Below are positions 48,496 through 59,004 of a stretch of 64,000 nucleotides of DNA, piece after piece. The position numbers were made by a program, and so were the translations under genes. Under the pieces are notes generated by a model. The model was not told the DNA's origin. It ran no database searches and saw nothing but the letters and a program-made list of their open reading frames with translations. Every line of letters begins with the position of its first letter. The stretch's first letter is position 1. This DNA comes from Promethearchaeota archaeon (GTDB lineage: Archaea; Asgardarchaeota; Lokiarchaeia; Sigyniarchaeales; SOKP01): positions 1 to 64,000 of the forward strand of contig JBHLNZ010000012.1 in NCBI GenBank assembly GCA_048941015.1, in the 5' to 3' direction.

Positions 48496-49950
48496 TTGAT
48501 GAAGGAAAATATTGACGTAAATTTCGCTATGAAAAACCTAAAGAAAGCCCGTAAAATTGCTGAAAGATGTCCATTAAGGCCTAAATATCATTTTTTAGCT
48601 CCCGCTTATTGGATGAACGACCCTCATGGACTTATCTATTATAAAGGTGAATATCATATATTTTATCAGCACAATCCTTATGGAGTAGAATGGGGGACCC
48701 TACACTGGGGGCATGCAAAGAGTAAAGATTTAGTCTTTTGGGAACATTTACCACTAGCATTAGTACCATCCAAAAGAAAGAATGAGGAAAATTGTTATTC
48801 TGGAAGCTGCATAGTAAATAATGGAATTCCTACAATTATTTACACGAGTATAGGTTCTGACAAACCACAAACTACGGGAGCAGAACAATGGCTTGCTATT
48901 AGTACTGATGATATGATTTCTTGGCAAAAATCTGAAAAAAATCCAATAATGACTTTAGAACTTCATAAATCTAAGGATCTAGATATTAGAGAATGGCGAG
49001 ATCCATACGTTTGGAAAGAAAAAGATAACTATTATGCTGTTTTGGCAGGATATATATATAAACCTCATCAATCTGTCATTTTACTTTATTCATCAACCAA
49101 TCTAATCGATTGGAAATTTATAAAAATCTTAACTAAAGGGCATTTTAAAAAAAGGATAAAATGGGAATGTCCAAATTTTTTCTCAATTAAAAGTAAACAT
49201 ATCCTAATTGTTTCTTCTTTTAGAAATCAAATTTACACGAAGGAAGTCCATGCTATTGATAGACATGTTTTCTACACATTGGGGACATATAAAAATACTC
49301 AATTTGAACACGATGAATGGAGAATTTTAGACCAAGGATCCTTATTTTATGCTCCAAGCACTATGATTGATTCAAGAGGTAGAGTAATTATGTGGGGCTG
49401 GTTAAGCGCTAGAGGCACAAAAGGATGGAATGGATGCTTAACATTACCACGAATTCTAACATTGCGATTTGATAATAAATTAGGGTTCAAACCAGCACCC
49501 GAACTTGAGAGTTTACGAAAAAATCATTATTCATTTGATCAATTGGCAACTCATGATTCGCTAAATGATTCATTGAAAGCTATTAAATCAAATTGTTTAG
49601 AATTATTAGTAAGATTTAAACTTACTAATAAAGATTTAATTGGAATCAAATTCAATGAAATAGATGAATCTCAATCCATTATTTATTCTCAAAAGTCTAA
49701 TCAAATAAAAATTGGGAAAGAAGAATTTAATTTCTTTTTGTCTAACGATGAAAAGTTTTTAGAATTACATATATTCATTGATAATTCAATTATAGAAGTA
49801 TTTATAAATAAACGTGAATGCTTTTCTGGTCAATTATACTCTCAGCCTAATAATTCATTATCTCTTAGCATAATCTCAGAAGATAATAATAATATCAATA
49901 ATCTAGATATATGGGAATTAAAAAACATCTGGGAAAAAAAAAATAATTAG
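48496..49950 (+). CDS. GH32 beta-fructofuranosidase/sucrose hydrolase
   Basis: WMNDPHG, YQHNP, WGHAKS, YSGS, RDP, WECP catalytic motifs. Confidence 0.92.
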   Translation: MMKENIDVNFAMKNLKKARKIAERCPLRPKYHFLAPAYWMNDPHGLIYYKGEYHIFYQHNPYGVEWGTLHWGHAKSKDLVFWEHLPLALVPSKRKNEENCYSGSCIVNNGIPTIIYTSIGSDKPQTTGAEQWLAISTDDMISWQKSEKNPIMTLELHKSKDLDIREWRDPYVWKEKDNYYAVLAGYIYKPHQSVILLYSSTNLIDWKFIKILTKGHFKKRIKWECPNFFSIKSKHILIVSSFRNQIYTKEVHAIDRHVFYTLGTYKNTQFEHDEWRILDQGSLFYAPSTMIDSRGRVIMWGWLSARGTKGWNGCLTLPRILTLRFDNKLGFKPAPELESLRKNHYSFDQLATHDSLNDSLKAIKSNCLELLVRFKLTNKDLIGIKFNEIDESQSIIYSQKSNQIKIGKEEFNFFLSNDEKFLELHIFIDNSIIEVFINKRECFSGQLYSQPNNSLSLSIISEDNNNINNLDIWELKNIWEKKNN

Positions 49951-49955
49951 TTATC

Positions 49956-51509
49956 TTAAGCTTTATATCGAGCGTTTCCATCCATTATCTTTCGATCCAG
50001 AATCATATCGTTCACTTGCATTCCTGCAAGTAAGCATCCAAAAACACCATGAACGAATTTAGGTTGAAATAAACCCTCAATAGGAGTCCTCATTTTCAAT
50101 CGAGTCCTACCAAAATTATTTGTGTATGGCGCCATATCAAATACTGCTCCTGATGGCGATCCTGAAAATCTCGCATAGGTTGCAGGAGTTGAAATATCTA
50201 ATACATTAATATGTTTTCTCAGGTTGGGAATTAAATATTTCTCAACTTTATCGATAAAAAAATCAGCCCAATATTGCTTTCTCTTTTTATATTCTTCTGG
50301 ATTATTTTTTCTCAGATCTTGCCAATCTGCTAGAGCAATTGGTGTAATCCTTACAGTGATGTTTGGTTTTCCACCCGTTGTTAAAGAAGGACATACTACT
50401 CCTATATGGAACCTTTTTTCATTAAATCCGATTTCTCCTTTTTCATAAAAATCAAAAAGACGGTCATAAGTATCTTCTCCAGTTGTTATTACATTGTATC
50501 CACAATCCAATCCTAAAGAAGCTAAATCAAGTTCATCGTCTAATCCAATACTTAAATTTATCGATGAACAAGACATTTTGACTTCTTCTACCTTTTTTGC
50601 ATACTTTTTATCTAATTCTCGAATTATATCTAAACCTACCATACTAAGCATCGCTAATTTTGGATCTACGGTTGTAACCACATAATCTGAATAAATTTCA
50701 GTATCATCTTCTAATTTTACTCCCTTAACCTTCCCATCTTCAACTAAAATCTTCTTAACCCTTGTATTGAGTAATAATTCTCCACCCAGATTCTTATATC
50801 TCTCTTCAATTTTCCTGGGAAACTCAATAAAGCCTTTGGTCGGACGAAATGCTCCATCCAACAATGAATTCATGGCTGAAATTGGAACTATCGCAGACAC
50901 TTTTTCAGCTGGTAACGCACTAAATTCTGCGAATGTGTTAAATATATCAATAACATCTGGTTCTGTTATATCAAATTTATCAAAATATTTCTTAAACGTT
51001 TTAGAAGCGTTTCCTACAATTTTAGGACATTTTATAAGAGTTTTGAATATTTCACCGAGAGTAGGTTCAACTTTTAAATTATATAGCTCTAAATACATTG
51101 CTCTGGAATAATCTAAAAATTTTTCAATTTGAATCGCATTTTCGGGATACTTTTCCATTAAAACTTCTTTAAAAGAGTCGACACCAGACGGTAATTCGAG
51201 CACTCTAACACTATCTGTTTTAGTATCGACAGTAAAAATTCGCATATAATATCCCTTAAACTTTTTAAGCTCAATACTTATCCCTAGGTAATCTAAAATC
51301 TCAGATAAGTTCGGAATCATTTGACAGGTATCAAATAAATAACCTTCACGCTCATATGAAGTAACATACCCACCTGTTTTAGGTTCTTTCTCTATTACTA
51401 ACACAGGCTCCTTACTTACATCATGATTTATAGCCCATGTAAGTGCTGTGCTTAATCCAGTTATTCCGCCTCCCACCACAATTAAACCATATTTATTTTT
51501 TTGGTTCAT
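49956..51509 (-). CDS. FAD-dependent oxidoreductase, phytoene desaturase/retinol saturase family
   Basis: VVGGGITGL, EKEPKTGGY...REGYLFD, STPATYARF. Confidence 0.8.
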   Translation of the reverse strand: MNQKNKYGLIVVGGGITGLSTALTWAINHDVSKEPVLVIEKEPKTGGYVTSYEREGYLFDTCQMIPNLSEILDYLGISIELKKFKGYYMRIFTVDTKTDSVRVLELPSGVDSFKEVLMEKYPENAIQIEKFLDYSRAMYLELYNLKVEPTLGEIFKTLIKCPKIVGNASKTFKKYFDKFDITEPDVIDIFNTFAEFSALPAEKVSAIVPISAMNSLLDGAFRPTKGFIEFPRKIEERYKNLGGELLLNTRVKKILVEDGKVKGVKLEDDTEIYSDYVVTTVDPKLAMLSMVGLDIIRELDKKYAKKVEEVKMSCSSINLSIGLDDELDLASLGLDCGYNVITTGEDTYDRLFDFYEKGEIGFNEKRFHIGVVCPSLTTGGKPNITVRITPIALADWQDLRKNNPEEYKKRKQYWADFFIDKVEKYLIPNLRKHINVLDISTPATYARFSGSPSGAVFDMAPYTNNFGRTRLKMRTPIEGLFQPKFVHGVFGCLLAGMQVNDMILDRKIMDGNARYKA

Positions 51510-51651
51510 AATATCACCTTAATTTAATATAAAAACAATGTATAAATATATAAAATTTTAAAACTCAGCTTGAATATTTATACAAAAATGAAAAATTATT
51601 TGAGTTCTAAATATTTATATAATAGATTTATTGAAAAAGAAAAAGAATAAA

Positions 51652-51924
51652 TTATTCTAAAATAGTTTGTTTAACATCGAGCTCATCGGCTCTAATTTCT
51701 CTTAACTTTATCCTTACTTGGCGAGGACTATACGTATGTTTCATAAGTTCAAGAATATTGTTATGTAAATTCGTGATGTTATCCATACCTAATTGAAAAT
51801 AAATATTTCTGTCCAAAAAGTTAATCTTAAAAATTTCCTCTAAACCACTTAGAGATTCTTTAATTTTCATATAATAATTATCAAATACATTATCAAAATT
51901 TTTTTTATTTTCCTTTTCAAGCAT
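51652..51924 (-). CDS. Small helical hypothetical protein, paralog of 35778..36056
   Basis: Shared motif IYFQxxxDNIxxLxxNxxELM. Confidence 0.75.
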   Translation of the reverse strand: MLEKENKKNFDNVFDNYYMKIKESLSGLEEIFKINFLDRNIYFQLGMDNITNLHNNILELMKHTYSPRQVRIKLREIRADELDVKQTILE

Positions 51925-52320
51925 TTTTTTTCAATCACGCTTTTTTTTATCTTTTCTATGATCAAAATAGAAGAACTAGTTTATAAATATGATCATATAT
52001 ATGAATGAATACCAAAAAAGTGGGAATGATCCCAAAATCCGGATGACGGAAAGAGTATATGCAATGTTGGGAGATGTAAGAAAACAATCATAAATAGTAT
52101 CATTTTTAGCATAAAAATAATAAATTATTATAGAGATTCATATTTTTATAACGAAAAACAAATATTCATTATTAATTTTAAACTATTAAATAAAATTATT
52201 CAAAAAAAGATCAAAATTGATCACATAATTTGAGTTTTGAAGGTTTATAAATACTAATTAAAGAATATGTTTGATTTTATTAAGTTATAGAGAGATCTAT
52301 AAAGTAATACATTAAAAAGT

Positions 52321-53598
52321 CTATCTAGACCGTCCAAATAGCATTCTGAAAATTAAAACAGTAATGGAAGTATAGATAAACATTATAAAAATACTTACAA
52401 TTATAAACAGAATTGATAGTCCAATTATAACATAATTTTTAGTTTTATCTACGGAATCTAGCTTTTTTAATCTAATCTTATTACTAGCTTGATAAATCGT
52501 AATTATACCAATTAAGATTGAAATAAGGCTATTGAGGTATACAACACTTTTTAAATATGATAGCCCATACCTCCAAACCTCAATCCCGTCTCTATTAATT
52601 TCATAAACAACGCCTCCAATTCCATTTCCAATTAAGATATTACCATTTTCTAATAGGTCTGCTTCGTATGGATTAATAAGATCTCCATGAAATTTCCAAA
52701 CAATTTCTTTTGTATTTCTATCGATTTCAATAATTCTATTATGTAAGGAATCTGTTATCAGTAAATTTCCATTAGGTAATTCATCAGCATCCCGTGGCCA
52801 ATCTAAATTACCCTGATAACTCCATACTAATTCTTTTGTTGTGTAATTTATTTCTAAAATTCTGTGATTTTCGGAATCCGCGATGATAATATTTCCATTG
52901 CTTAAGTAATCAGGATTATGCTGGTGATTCAATAAAGAATAATTACCATAGTCTCCATAATACCAAATAATATTACTTGGATCATTTGAAGGGCCAGCTA
53001 TTTCAGCAGTATAATTAATTTCAACGATCAGATCAAAATTGCGAATAGAAACTAAACAAGCGTTCCAAGATCCGTAATTTTTAAACTCAACATCATTAAG
53101 ATGAGTCCAATCGAATGGTAAAGGGTTGTTATAATAATGATTGGAATCCCAATTCGAATTCACCTCTGACCAGTTAATAAGTTCCGGTTTCCATTCCCAT
53201 ATTATACTTTTATTAGGATAATTGATTTCAATTACTCTATCATAACCAGTATCAGCAATTAAGAGATTGCTATTAGGTAGTTCTAAAACTTCATGTGGTT
53301 GAGCTACTCCTATTAACTCCCATATCTTTTTTCCTTTTTGGTCTATTTCAAAAATTTTATGATCAGGGCTATTTTCAGGCACTGGAATTTGATTTTTTAT
53401 TCGATTTGGATAATTAATTACTTCAGAAAAGCTAAAAGAACAGATTAATGTGTTTCCATTACTTTTTCGATCAACATCCAAGTAAGTTGGCATCATGTTT
53501 GTATTTCTAAAAGTAAGATATAAAATTAAATTAGAAGTAAAAATTAAAATAGTAAAAACTAAAAACAGTTTAAATTTAATTGTAAAACGTCTAAACAT
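52321..53598 (-). CDS. Membrane-anchored aryl-sulfate sulfotransferase (ASST)-like beta-propeller
   Basis: DWTHLNDV, HQHNPD, WPRDADELPNGN, repeated NGNxLIxD blades; N- and C-terminal TMs. Confidence 0.75.
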   Translation of the reverse strand: MFRRFTIKFKLFLVFTILIFTSNLILYLTFRNTNMMPTYLDVDRKSNGNTLICSFSFSEVINYPNRIKNQIPVPENSPDHKIFEIDQKGKKIWELIGVAQPHEVLELPNSNLLIADTGYDRVIEINYPNKSIIWEWKPELINWSEVNSNWDSNHYYNNPLPFDWTHLNDVEFKNYGSWNACLVSIRNFDLIVEINYTAEIAGPSNDPSNIIWYYGDYGNYSLLNHQHNPDYLSNGNIIIADSENHRILEINYTTKELVWSYQGNLDWPRDADELPNGNLLITDSLHNRIIEIDRNTKEIVWKFHGDLINPYEADLLENGNILIGNGIGGVVYEINRDGIEVWRYGLSYLKSVVYLNSLISILIGIITIYQASNKIRLKKLDSVDKTKNYVIIGLSILFIIVSIFIMFIYTSITVLIFRMLFGRSR

Positions 53599-53815
53599 AT
53601 AAAAAGCTAAATTTGTTATTGATATAAAAAAATTTGTATTAATAACATCAAATTGACAACCAAGTATGCCTATTATTAATTTTTAAAGGTTCGTTAAAGA
53701 GTTATTATTTAAACAACATTTAACTTTAAATAGATGAAGTCACATTAGTTGAACAACAAATAGATTCTATATAAAAAAATTTAATAAAAAAATCAAGCAA
53801 ATTGAGGGAATATAT

Positions 53816-54034
53816 ATGTTATTTACTACTATTCCAGGTTTAGGAGGATTATTTGCCGGATTATGGCTAATGATCTTGATCCCAGTTATTATATACTACG
53901 TTGTCGCTATTTTATTATGTGTCTGGGTATACAAGGATGCTAAAAAGAGAGATATGAATGCAGCTGTATGGCTTGTTATTGTTATCTTAACTGGTTGTAT
54001 TGGTTGTATTATATACTTAGTGGTCAGGGATTAG
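53816..54034 (+). CDS. Small membrane protein (PLDc N-terminal-like)
   Basis: WVYKDAKKRDMNAAVWLVIV...IIYLVVR; SD-like GAGGGA upstream. Confidence 0.7.
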   Translation: MLFTTIPGLGGLFAGLWLMILIPVIIYYVVAILLCVWVYKDAKKRDMNAAVWLVIVILTGCIGCIIYLVVRD

Positions 54035-54154
54035 ATAATAATTAGCGAATTAATCAAAAACCTAAAAACTTTTTTTTTTAATATTAATATTAAATTTTAA
54101 AAAATTAGTATAACATTAGTTTAAATAAGGATAACCTGATACAATATTGACATT

Positions 54155-54736
54155 ATGACTTTAATTAAGAAATTAAGAACAAAGATTGCAAGAGCAAGGC
54201 TATTTTTTTCTGATGTAAAACCAATTTTATTGTCTCATCATCCTAATTGTGAGCATTTTTCTGGTCATGTATATCATATAAAAAATTATAAGTTATGTAT
54301 TGGATGCTTTACCTTTTATCCAGTGTTGATTCTAACCTATGTTTTGATTATAATTTTTCTCGAATTAAGCATCACAATTTTACTCTGGTTATTTTATTTG
54401 TCTTTTTTATTCTTTCTTCCTTTAATTTTAAACATATTAGGACTTACTAAATATAAATTCTTGAAAATTTTTTCTAAAGTTGCAATTGGAATAGGAACTG
54501 GTTTTCAAGTTGCTTTTATAATAAATTTTCCTTATTTTCATATCATCATGAAAATCTTTTTTTTACTTGATATTAATATAGTTGTTGGTGTAATAGCGTA
54601 TATTAGAGGAAATCATATTAAGAAAGATTGTTTAGAATGTGAATATAAAGGAGATTGGAATTCCTGTCCAGGTATGAAGCCAATAACAGAAAAACTTTAT
54701 GAACATGGTTTTAAGAAAAAAAGAAATAATGTATAA
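54155..54736 (+). CDS. Membrane protein with Cys/His metal-binding motifs
   Basis: SHHPNC..H..H, LCIGC, four TMs, CLEC...CPG. Confidence 0.65.
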   Translation: MTLIKKLRTKIARARLFFSDVKPILLSHHPNCEHFSGHVYHIKNYKLCIGCFTFYPVLILTYVLIIIFLELSITILLWLFYLSFLFFLPLILNILGLTKYKFLKIFSKVAIGIGTGFQVAFIINFPYFHIIMKIFFLLDINIVVGVIAYIRGNHIKKDCLECEYKGDWNSCPGMKPITEKLYEHGFKKKRNNV

Positions 54737-54818
54737 ATTAGAAGAAAGTATATTAATTCATTAAAAATATTATATAATTAGGAATTCATTATATATGGAA
54801 AAATAGGATTAAATTAAA

Positions 54819-55508
54819 ATGTCGGAGCAATTTATTGTATTAAAAGGGCGAGTTAAAGAATTTACTAGGTCAGAATCAGGAAACTTAGCTTTTATGCTTG
54901 AGGATAAGAATGGTGATATGAGATATTGCTTTTCACCAACCAAAAAACCATATATTAACATATCAGATGAACTAATTATTATTGGTTCTCTCATATCTGG
55001 CGCAAAAGTAAGAATGAATTATATTATAAATAAAACAAGAGATTCTGAAGAAAATTTAATCGAATCAAAAACAGAGTGGACTTATTATGTCTCTGTAATC
55101 TTTGCTGTAATCGCAACAGCGGGATTAGTAATTTCTATACTATTTTTATCAGGGATAATTCCCAGTGGAGGCGGTTCAATCTGGGGATCTATAGGATCAA
55201 TATTTTCAATGGTAATATCACTTGTTATGACAATATTATTAGTACCTGTCGCGATAATATTATGGAGTCTTACAATTGCCTTTGCGAAAAAGAAAAAAAC
55301 TGGTTCAGAATTAGAGAATCAAGTATTAAAGATAAAACAAGAAATTTATGGAGTTCAAAAACCAGTTCAAACAAATTTATCATCTAATCAAATTAATAAC
55401 AAAATTGAAGAAGAAAAATCTGTTGTAAGAGGGAAATTTTGTTCTCATTGTGGTGAAAAATTACCCCCAGAAGCAAAATTCTGTCCTAAATGTGGTTCAA
55501 AATGGTAA
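54819..55508 (+). CDS. Membrane protein with two TMs and C-terminal zinc ribbon
   Basis: Beta-rich N-terminus, 2 TMs, FCSHCG...FCPKCG. Confidence 0.7.
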   Translation: MSEQFIVLKGRVKEFTRSESGNLAFMLEDKNGDMRYCFSPTKKPYINISDELIIIGSLISGAKVRMNYIINKTRDSEENLIESKTEWTYYVSVIFAVIATAGLVISILFLSGIIPSGGGSIWGSIGSIFSMVISLVMTILLVPVAIILWSLTIAFAKKKKTGSELENQVLKIKQEIYGVQKPVQTNLSSNQINNKIEEEKSVVRGKFCSHCGEKLPPEAKFCPKCGSKW

Positions 55509-55538
55509 TGTGAAAAACACTATTAAAAATTTTTATTT

Positions 55539-56603
55539 TTATTTAAATAAAAGATCCCAATTTATATTTTCTTCCATTAATTTTAAGACTAAGTTTACTT
55601 CTTCTTCTTGAATTCCGGGTTTAATTCTCTCCATATTCCTAATTGTGGTATAAGTATCACTTGGACTAAGAATTATTGGTACTTTTTTCTCATTAGCAGC
55701 ATAAATAACAGTGGCATCAGGTTGTATGAAGCCTGTTAAAACTAAACCACATACATCTTCATTTAATGCTGCTAAGATAACATCAGTTCGGTCTCCACCT
55801 GTAATAACGACAGCTTTTCTTACTGATCTCAAATATTTCAATGCAGCTTGCACATTCATTGCTGCTATTATATAAGTCTCAACTATAGAACTTAATCCTT
55901 CCGCAGCTATCTCATTTATTAATTCTCCCCCTATTGCTTCTTTTATTTCTGATACTCTAGGAGAAAGTAATAGAAGTCGTTTTTCTAGCATCCCAATTAT
56001 AGGGATTTTATATCTTTCAATATGATTTTTTCTTAATTCTTCTATACGAGCCATATAATCGTGATCAACTTTATTAAAAATCACTCCCTTAATTTTAATC
56101 TCCCTAAAATCAAAATATTTCTTTGTAAAAAAAAGGGTATCTATACATTTATCAGAAGATTCAGTTTGAATAAAAACTAATTCATTAATACCCAACGTCT
56201 GGGCTACTGATACGTCATCCAATCCTACTCGTATATACTTTTTAATACTTGGTGCTCCTTCTACAATTATATATTCGTATTTCTCACTCAATTCATCAAA
56301 AGCATTTTTAATTATCTTTAAATTTTCATCTTTCTTAGAAGCATCAATTAAATCAACATAATAGCAATCTGGAATTGAAATGGGGCTGATAATATCATAT
56401 GGGAGATCAGTTTTAAAGACTGTAGATTGGATAAATCCTACATCTCTATCTGCTTTGTTTGAAAAAGCACCTTTAGGAACTCCTATTGGTTTAAAATATG
56501 CGACTTTCTTCCCTTCTTTCTGGAGTTTTAACATCATTCCAATAGAAAGTAAACTTTTTCCTACTCTTTCACTCAATGAACATAAATAAATTGCTTTTAC
56601 CAT
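55539..56603 (-). CDS. Phosphotransacetylase N-terminal-like (BioD-like P-loop + DRTGG) protein
   Basis: VGKS, YFKPIG, IIVEG, ITGGDRTD, DTYTT; no PTA catalytic domain. Confidence 0.85.
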   Translation of the reverse strand: MVKAIYLCSLSERVGKSLLSIGMMLKLQKEGKKVAYFKPIGVPKGAFSNKADRDVGFIQSTVFKTDLPYDIISPISIPDCYYVDLIDASKKDENLKIIKNAFDELSEKYEYIIVEGAPSIKKYIRVGLDDVSVAQTLGINELVFIQTESSDKCIDTLFFTKKYFDFREIKIKGVIFNKVDHDYMARIEELRKNHIERYKIPIIGMLEKRLLLLSPRVSEIKEAIGGELINEIAAEGLSSIVETYIIAAMNVQAALKYLRSVRKAVVITGGDRTDVILAALNEDVCGLVLTGFIQPDATVIYAANEKKVPIILSPSDTYTTIRNMERIKPGIQEEEVNLVLKLMEENINWDLLFK

Positions 56604-56673
56604 CTTATTTTCCTTTTTTTAATTTTCAATTATAATTTAATATTCTATTCATTTTTTATTTTTTCTTAACTTC

Positions 56674-58842
56674 TTATTCTCTCGAAATAGTAATTTTAAT
56701 ATCTACAGCTGAATAACCTTCAATAAAGCTTAATAGAGGATTAATATCTAATTCCATAATTTCTGGAAAATCATTAACTAATTGTGAAAGTTTTAATAAA
56801 ACATCAATAATTGATTCTATGTCTGAAGGACTTTCTCCTCTTACTCCTTGAAGAAGATTAAATATTTTGGTACTTTGAAGCATCCTTCTTGCATCATCCT
56901 TAGAAAATTTATAAGATAAAGCAAATGATACATCTTTTAGGAAATTAGCATATATTCCTCCTGATCCAATCATTAAAAGTGGTCCAAATTGAGGATCTCT
57001 TGACATACCAAGAATCAATTCATTTACTTTCTTCTCTTTTGAAAAATCAATCATTTCTTGTACTTCTACACCATATATGATTGCTGTATGAGGACCAAAT
57101 TTTTTTGTATTATCAATTATTTGAATATATGCCTCAAATGCTTGTTCAGGAGTTTCTATATTTAAAAGAATGCCTCCTACATCTGTTTTATGAATAATCT
57201 GAGGTGATGAGATTTTCATTACTGCTTTACCAATTTCTTTCTGAAATTCCATAGCTTCGCGTGGTGTTTTCGCTAATCTTGATTTTGGTGATTTAATACC
57301 ATAACATTCGAAAACTTCACTTGTTTCGTAACTAAGTAAGACAGTTCTTCCATCATCTCGAGCTATTTTGAATATTTCTCGGACTCTTTCTTTATTTACT
57401 TTAAATCTAGGAATTTCAATTTTTTCTAAAGATTCTGATTTTGAGAATTCACTATATTTAACTAAAGATTTGAGAGCCTCTGCTGCCCTTTCTGGAAAGG
57501 GATAACACGGAATTTGATGATCCTTGAGAAATTTAGTTGCTTCTTTTATAGAAATCCCTCCTATTAATGAGCAAATGATTGGTTTATTATGTAAGAATTG
57601 AGAAGATATATCATATATTATTTTAACTACATCATTTGGATGAGTTTGTGCCTGGGGACTCATTATTACAAGTGCCCCATTAGTAGTAACTTCATTATTA
57701 TTTTTTAAAGAGCTGGATTTATTATTTATTCTAAAAATCGTTTTTATTGTAAATTCAAATCTTTCTGGTGAAGCATCACCAACTATATCTACGGGATTGA
57801 AAATAGCTGCTTCTGGAGGTAATTTATCTCTTAGTGAATGAAGTATATCTTCTGAAAATTGAGTCAATTTAAGTTTTTCACTTTCGAATGCATCTGTCGC
57901 CACAATACCTGGTCCACCTGCATTTGTTATAATCGCAAAGGAATTTTCTTTAGGTATTGGTTGATACAGAAATATTTCACCATAATCAAATAGATCTGAT
58001 ATTGTTTTGGCCCTCAAAACTCCACACTTATTAAATGCTAATTCATAAGCAATATCAGCTCCTGCTAAAGCTCCAGTATGACTTGAAGCAGCTCTTGCTC
58101 CTGCATCGCTAACTCCTGCTTTTAAGATGATGATTGGTTTTTTTTTAGCAGCATCTGGAACAATCTTTAAGAAGTTTTCTCCATTTTCTATACTTTCAAG
58201 ATAGCATAAAATTACTTTAGTTTCCTCATCTTTAGAAAGATAATCAATAAAATCAACCTCATCAAGATCTGCTTTATTTCCTAAACTTATATTACATGAA
58301 AATCCAAAAGCTTGTTCCATAGAATAATCCATCATTCCCGTTAACATAGCACCAGATTGCGATATCATCGCAATATGTCCTTTTTTTGGTGTATTTGCCG
58401 CAAAAGAACCATTATAATTTGTACCAATAAATCCTAGACAATTTGGGCCAATAATTCTCATTTTATATTTCTTAGCGATTTTTACAAGTTCTTCTTCTCG
58501 CTTAACACCTTCTCCACCTACTTCTTTAAAACCTGCAGAAATTATTACTACTCCTTTTACTCCCTTTTGTCCACACTCCTCAACAACAGCATTCACAATT
58601 TTTCCAGGAATAACGAAAATTGCGATTTCTACTTGATGTGGTACTTTTAAAATACTAGAATATGTTTTAAAACCTAATATTGTTTCTGTTGTAGGATTAA
58701 TTGGAAAAATATTTCCTTTATATTGAGAATCGATAATATTTTTTAATACATTATAACCTACCTTACCTGGTGTAGCACTGGCACCTATAACTGCGATACT
58801 TTTAGGTTTAAAAAAGTAAGAAATATCGGAATTAGTTGTCAT
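56674..58842 (-). CDS. acdAB: ADP-forming acetate/acyl-CoA ligase, fused alpha-beta
   Basis: PKSIAVIGAS, GPNCLG, SQSGA, SHTGALAG (phospho-His), NAGG, NPVD, HKTDVGG, DPQFGP, ELDINP. Confidence 0.9.
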   Translation of the reverse strand: MTTNSDISYFFKPKSIAVIGASATPGKVGYNVLKNIIDSQYKGNIFPINPTTETILGFKTYSSILKVPHQVEIAIFVIPGKIVNAVVEECGQKGVKGVVIISAGFKEVGGEGVKREEELVKIAKKYKMRIIGPNCLGFIGTNYNGSFAANTPKKGHIAMISQSGAMLTGMMDYSMEQAFGFSCNISLGNKADLDEVDFIDYLSKDEETKVILCYLESIENGENFLKIVPDAAKKKPIIILKAGVSDAGARAASSHTGALAGADIAYELAFNKCGVLRAKTISDLFDYGEIFLYQPIPKENSFAIITNAGGPGIVATDAFESEKLKLTQFSEDILHSLRDKLPPEAAIFNPVDIVGDASPERFEFTIKTIFRINNKSSSLKNNNEVTTNGALVIMSPQAQTHPNDVVKIIYDISSQFLHNKPIICSLIGGISIKEATKFLKDHQIPCYPFPERAAEALKSLVKYSEFSKSESLEKIEIPRFKVNKERVREIFKIARDDGRTVLLSYETSEVFECYGIKSPKSRLAKTPREAMEFQKEIGKAVMKISSPQIIHKTDVGGILLNIETPEQAFEAYIQIIDNTKKFGPHTAIIYGVEVQEMIDFSKEKKVNELILGMSRDPQFGPLLMIGSGGIYANFLKDVSFALSYKFSKDDARRMLQSTKIFNLLQGVRGESPSDIESIIDVLLKLSQLVNDFPEIMELDINPLLSFIEGYSAVDIKITISRE

Positions 58843-59004
58843 TATTGTATCAATGAATTTATCGTTTTAATGAATTAGATAATAAAATTAATTATCACTA
58901 TTAATTTTAAAAGTTTTAGAATATAAATGGTAAATCCAAAAATTATTTAATTTTAAAAATTGTAATAAAAAAGAATAATATAGATTAAAAATTAGGTAAA
59001 TATC

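Noticed and set aside
52021-52075. Possible SECIS element or hammerhead ribozyme (ATGA and GAAA motifs)
   Set aside because: ATGA sits in hairpin loops rather than a kink-turn core, no upstream + strand gene with an in-frame Sec UGA, and the hammerhead CUGANGA core is absent
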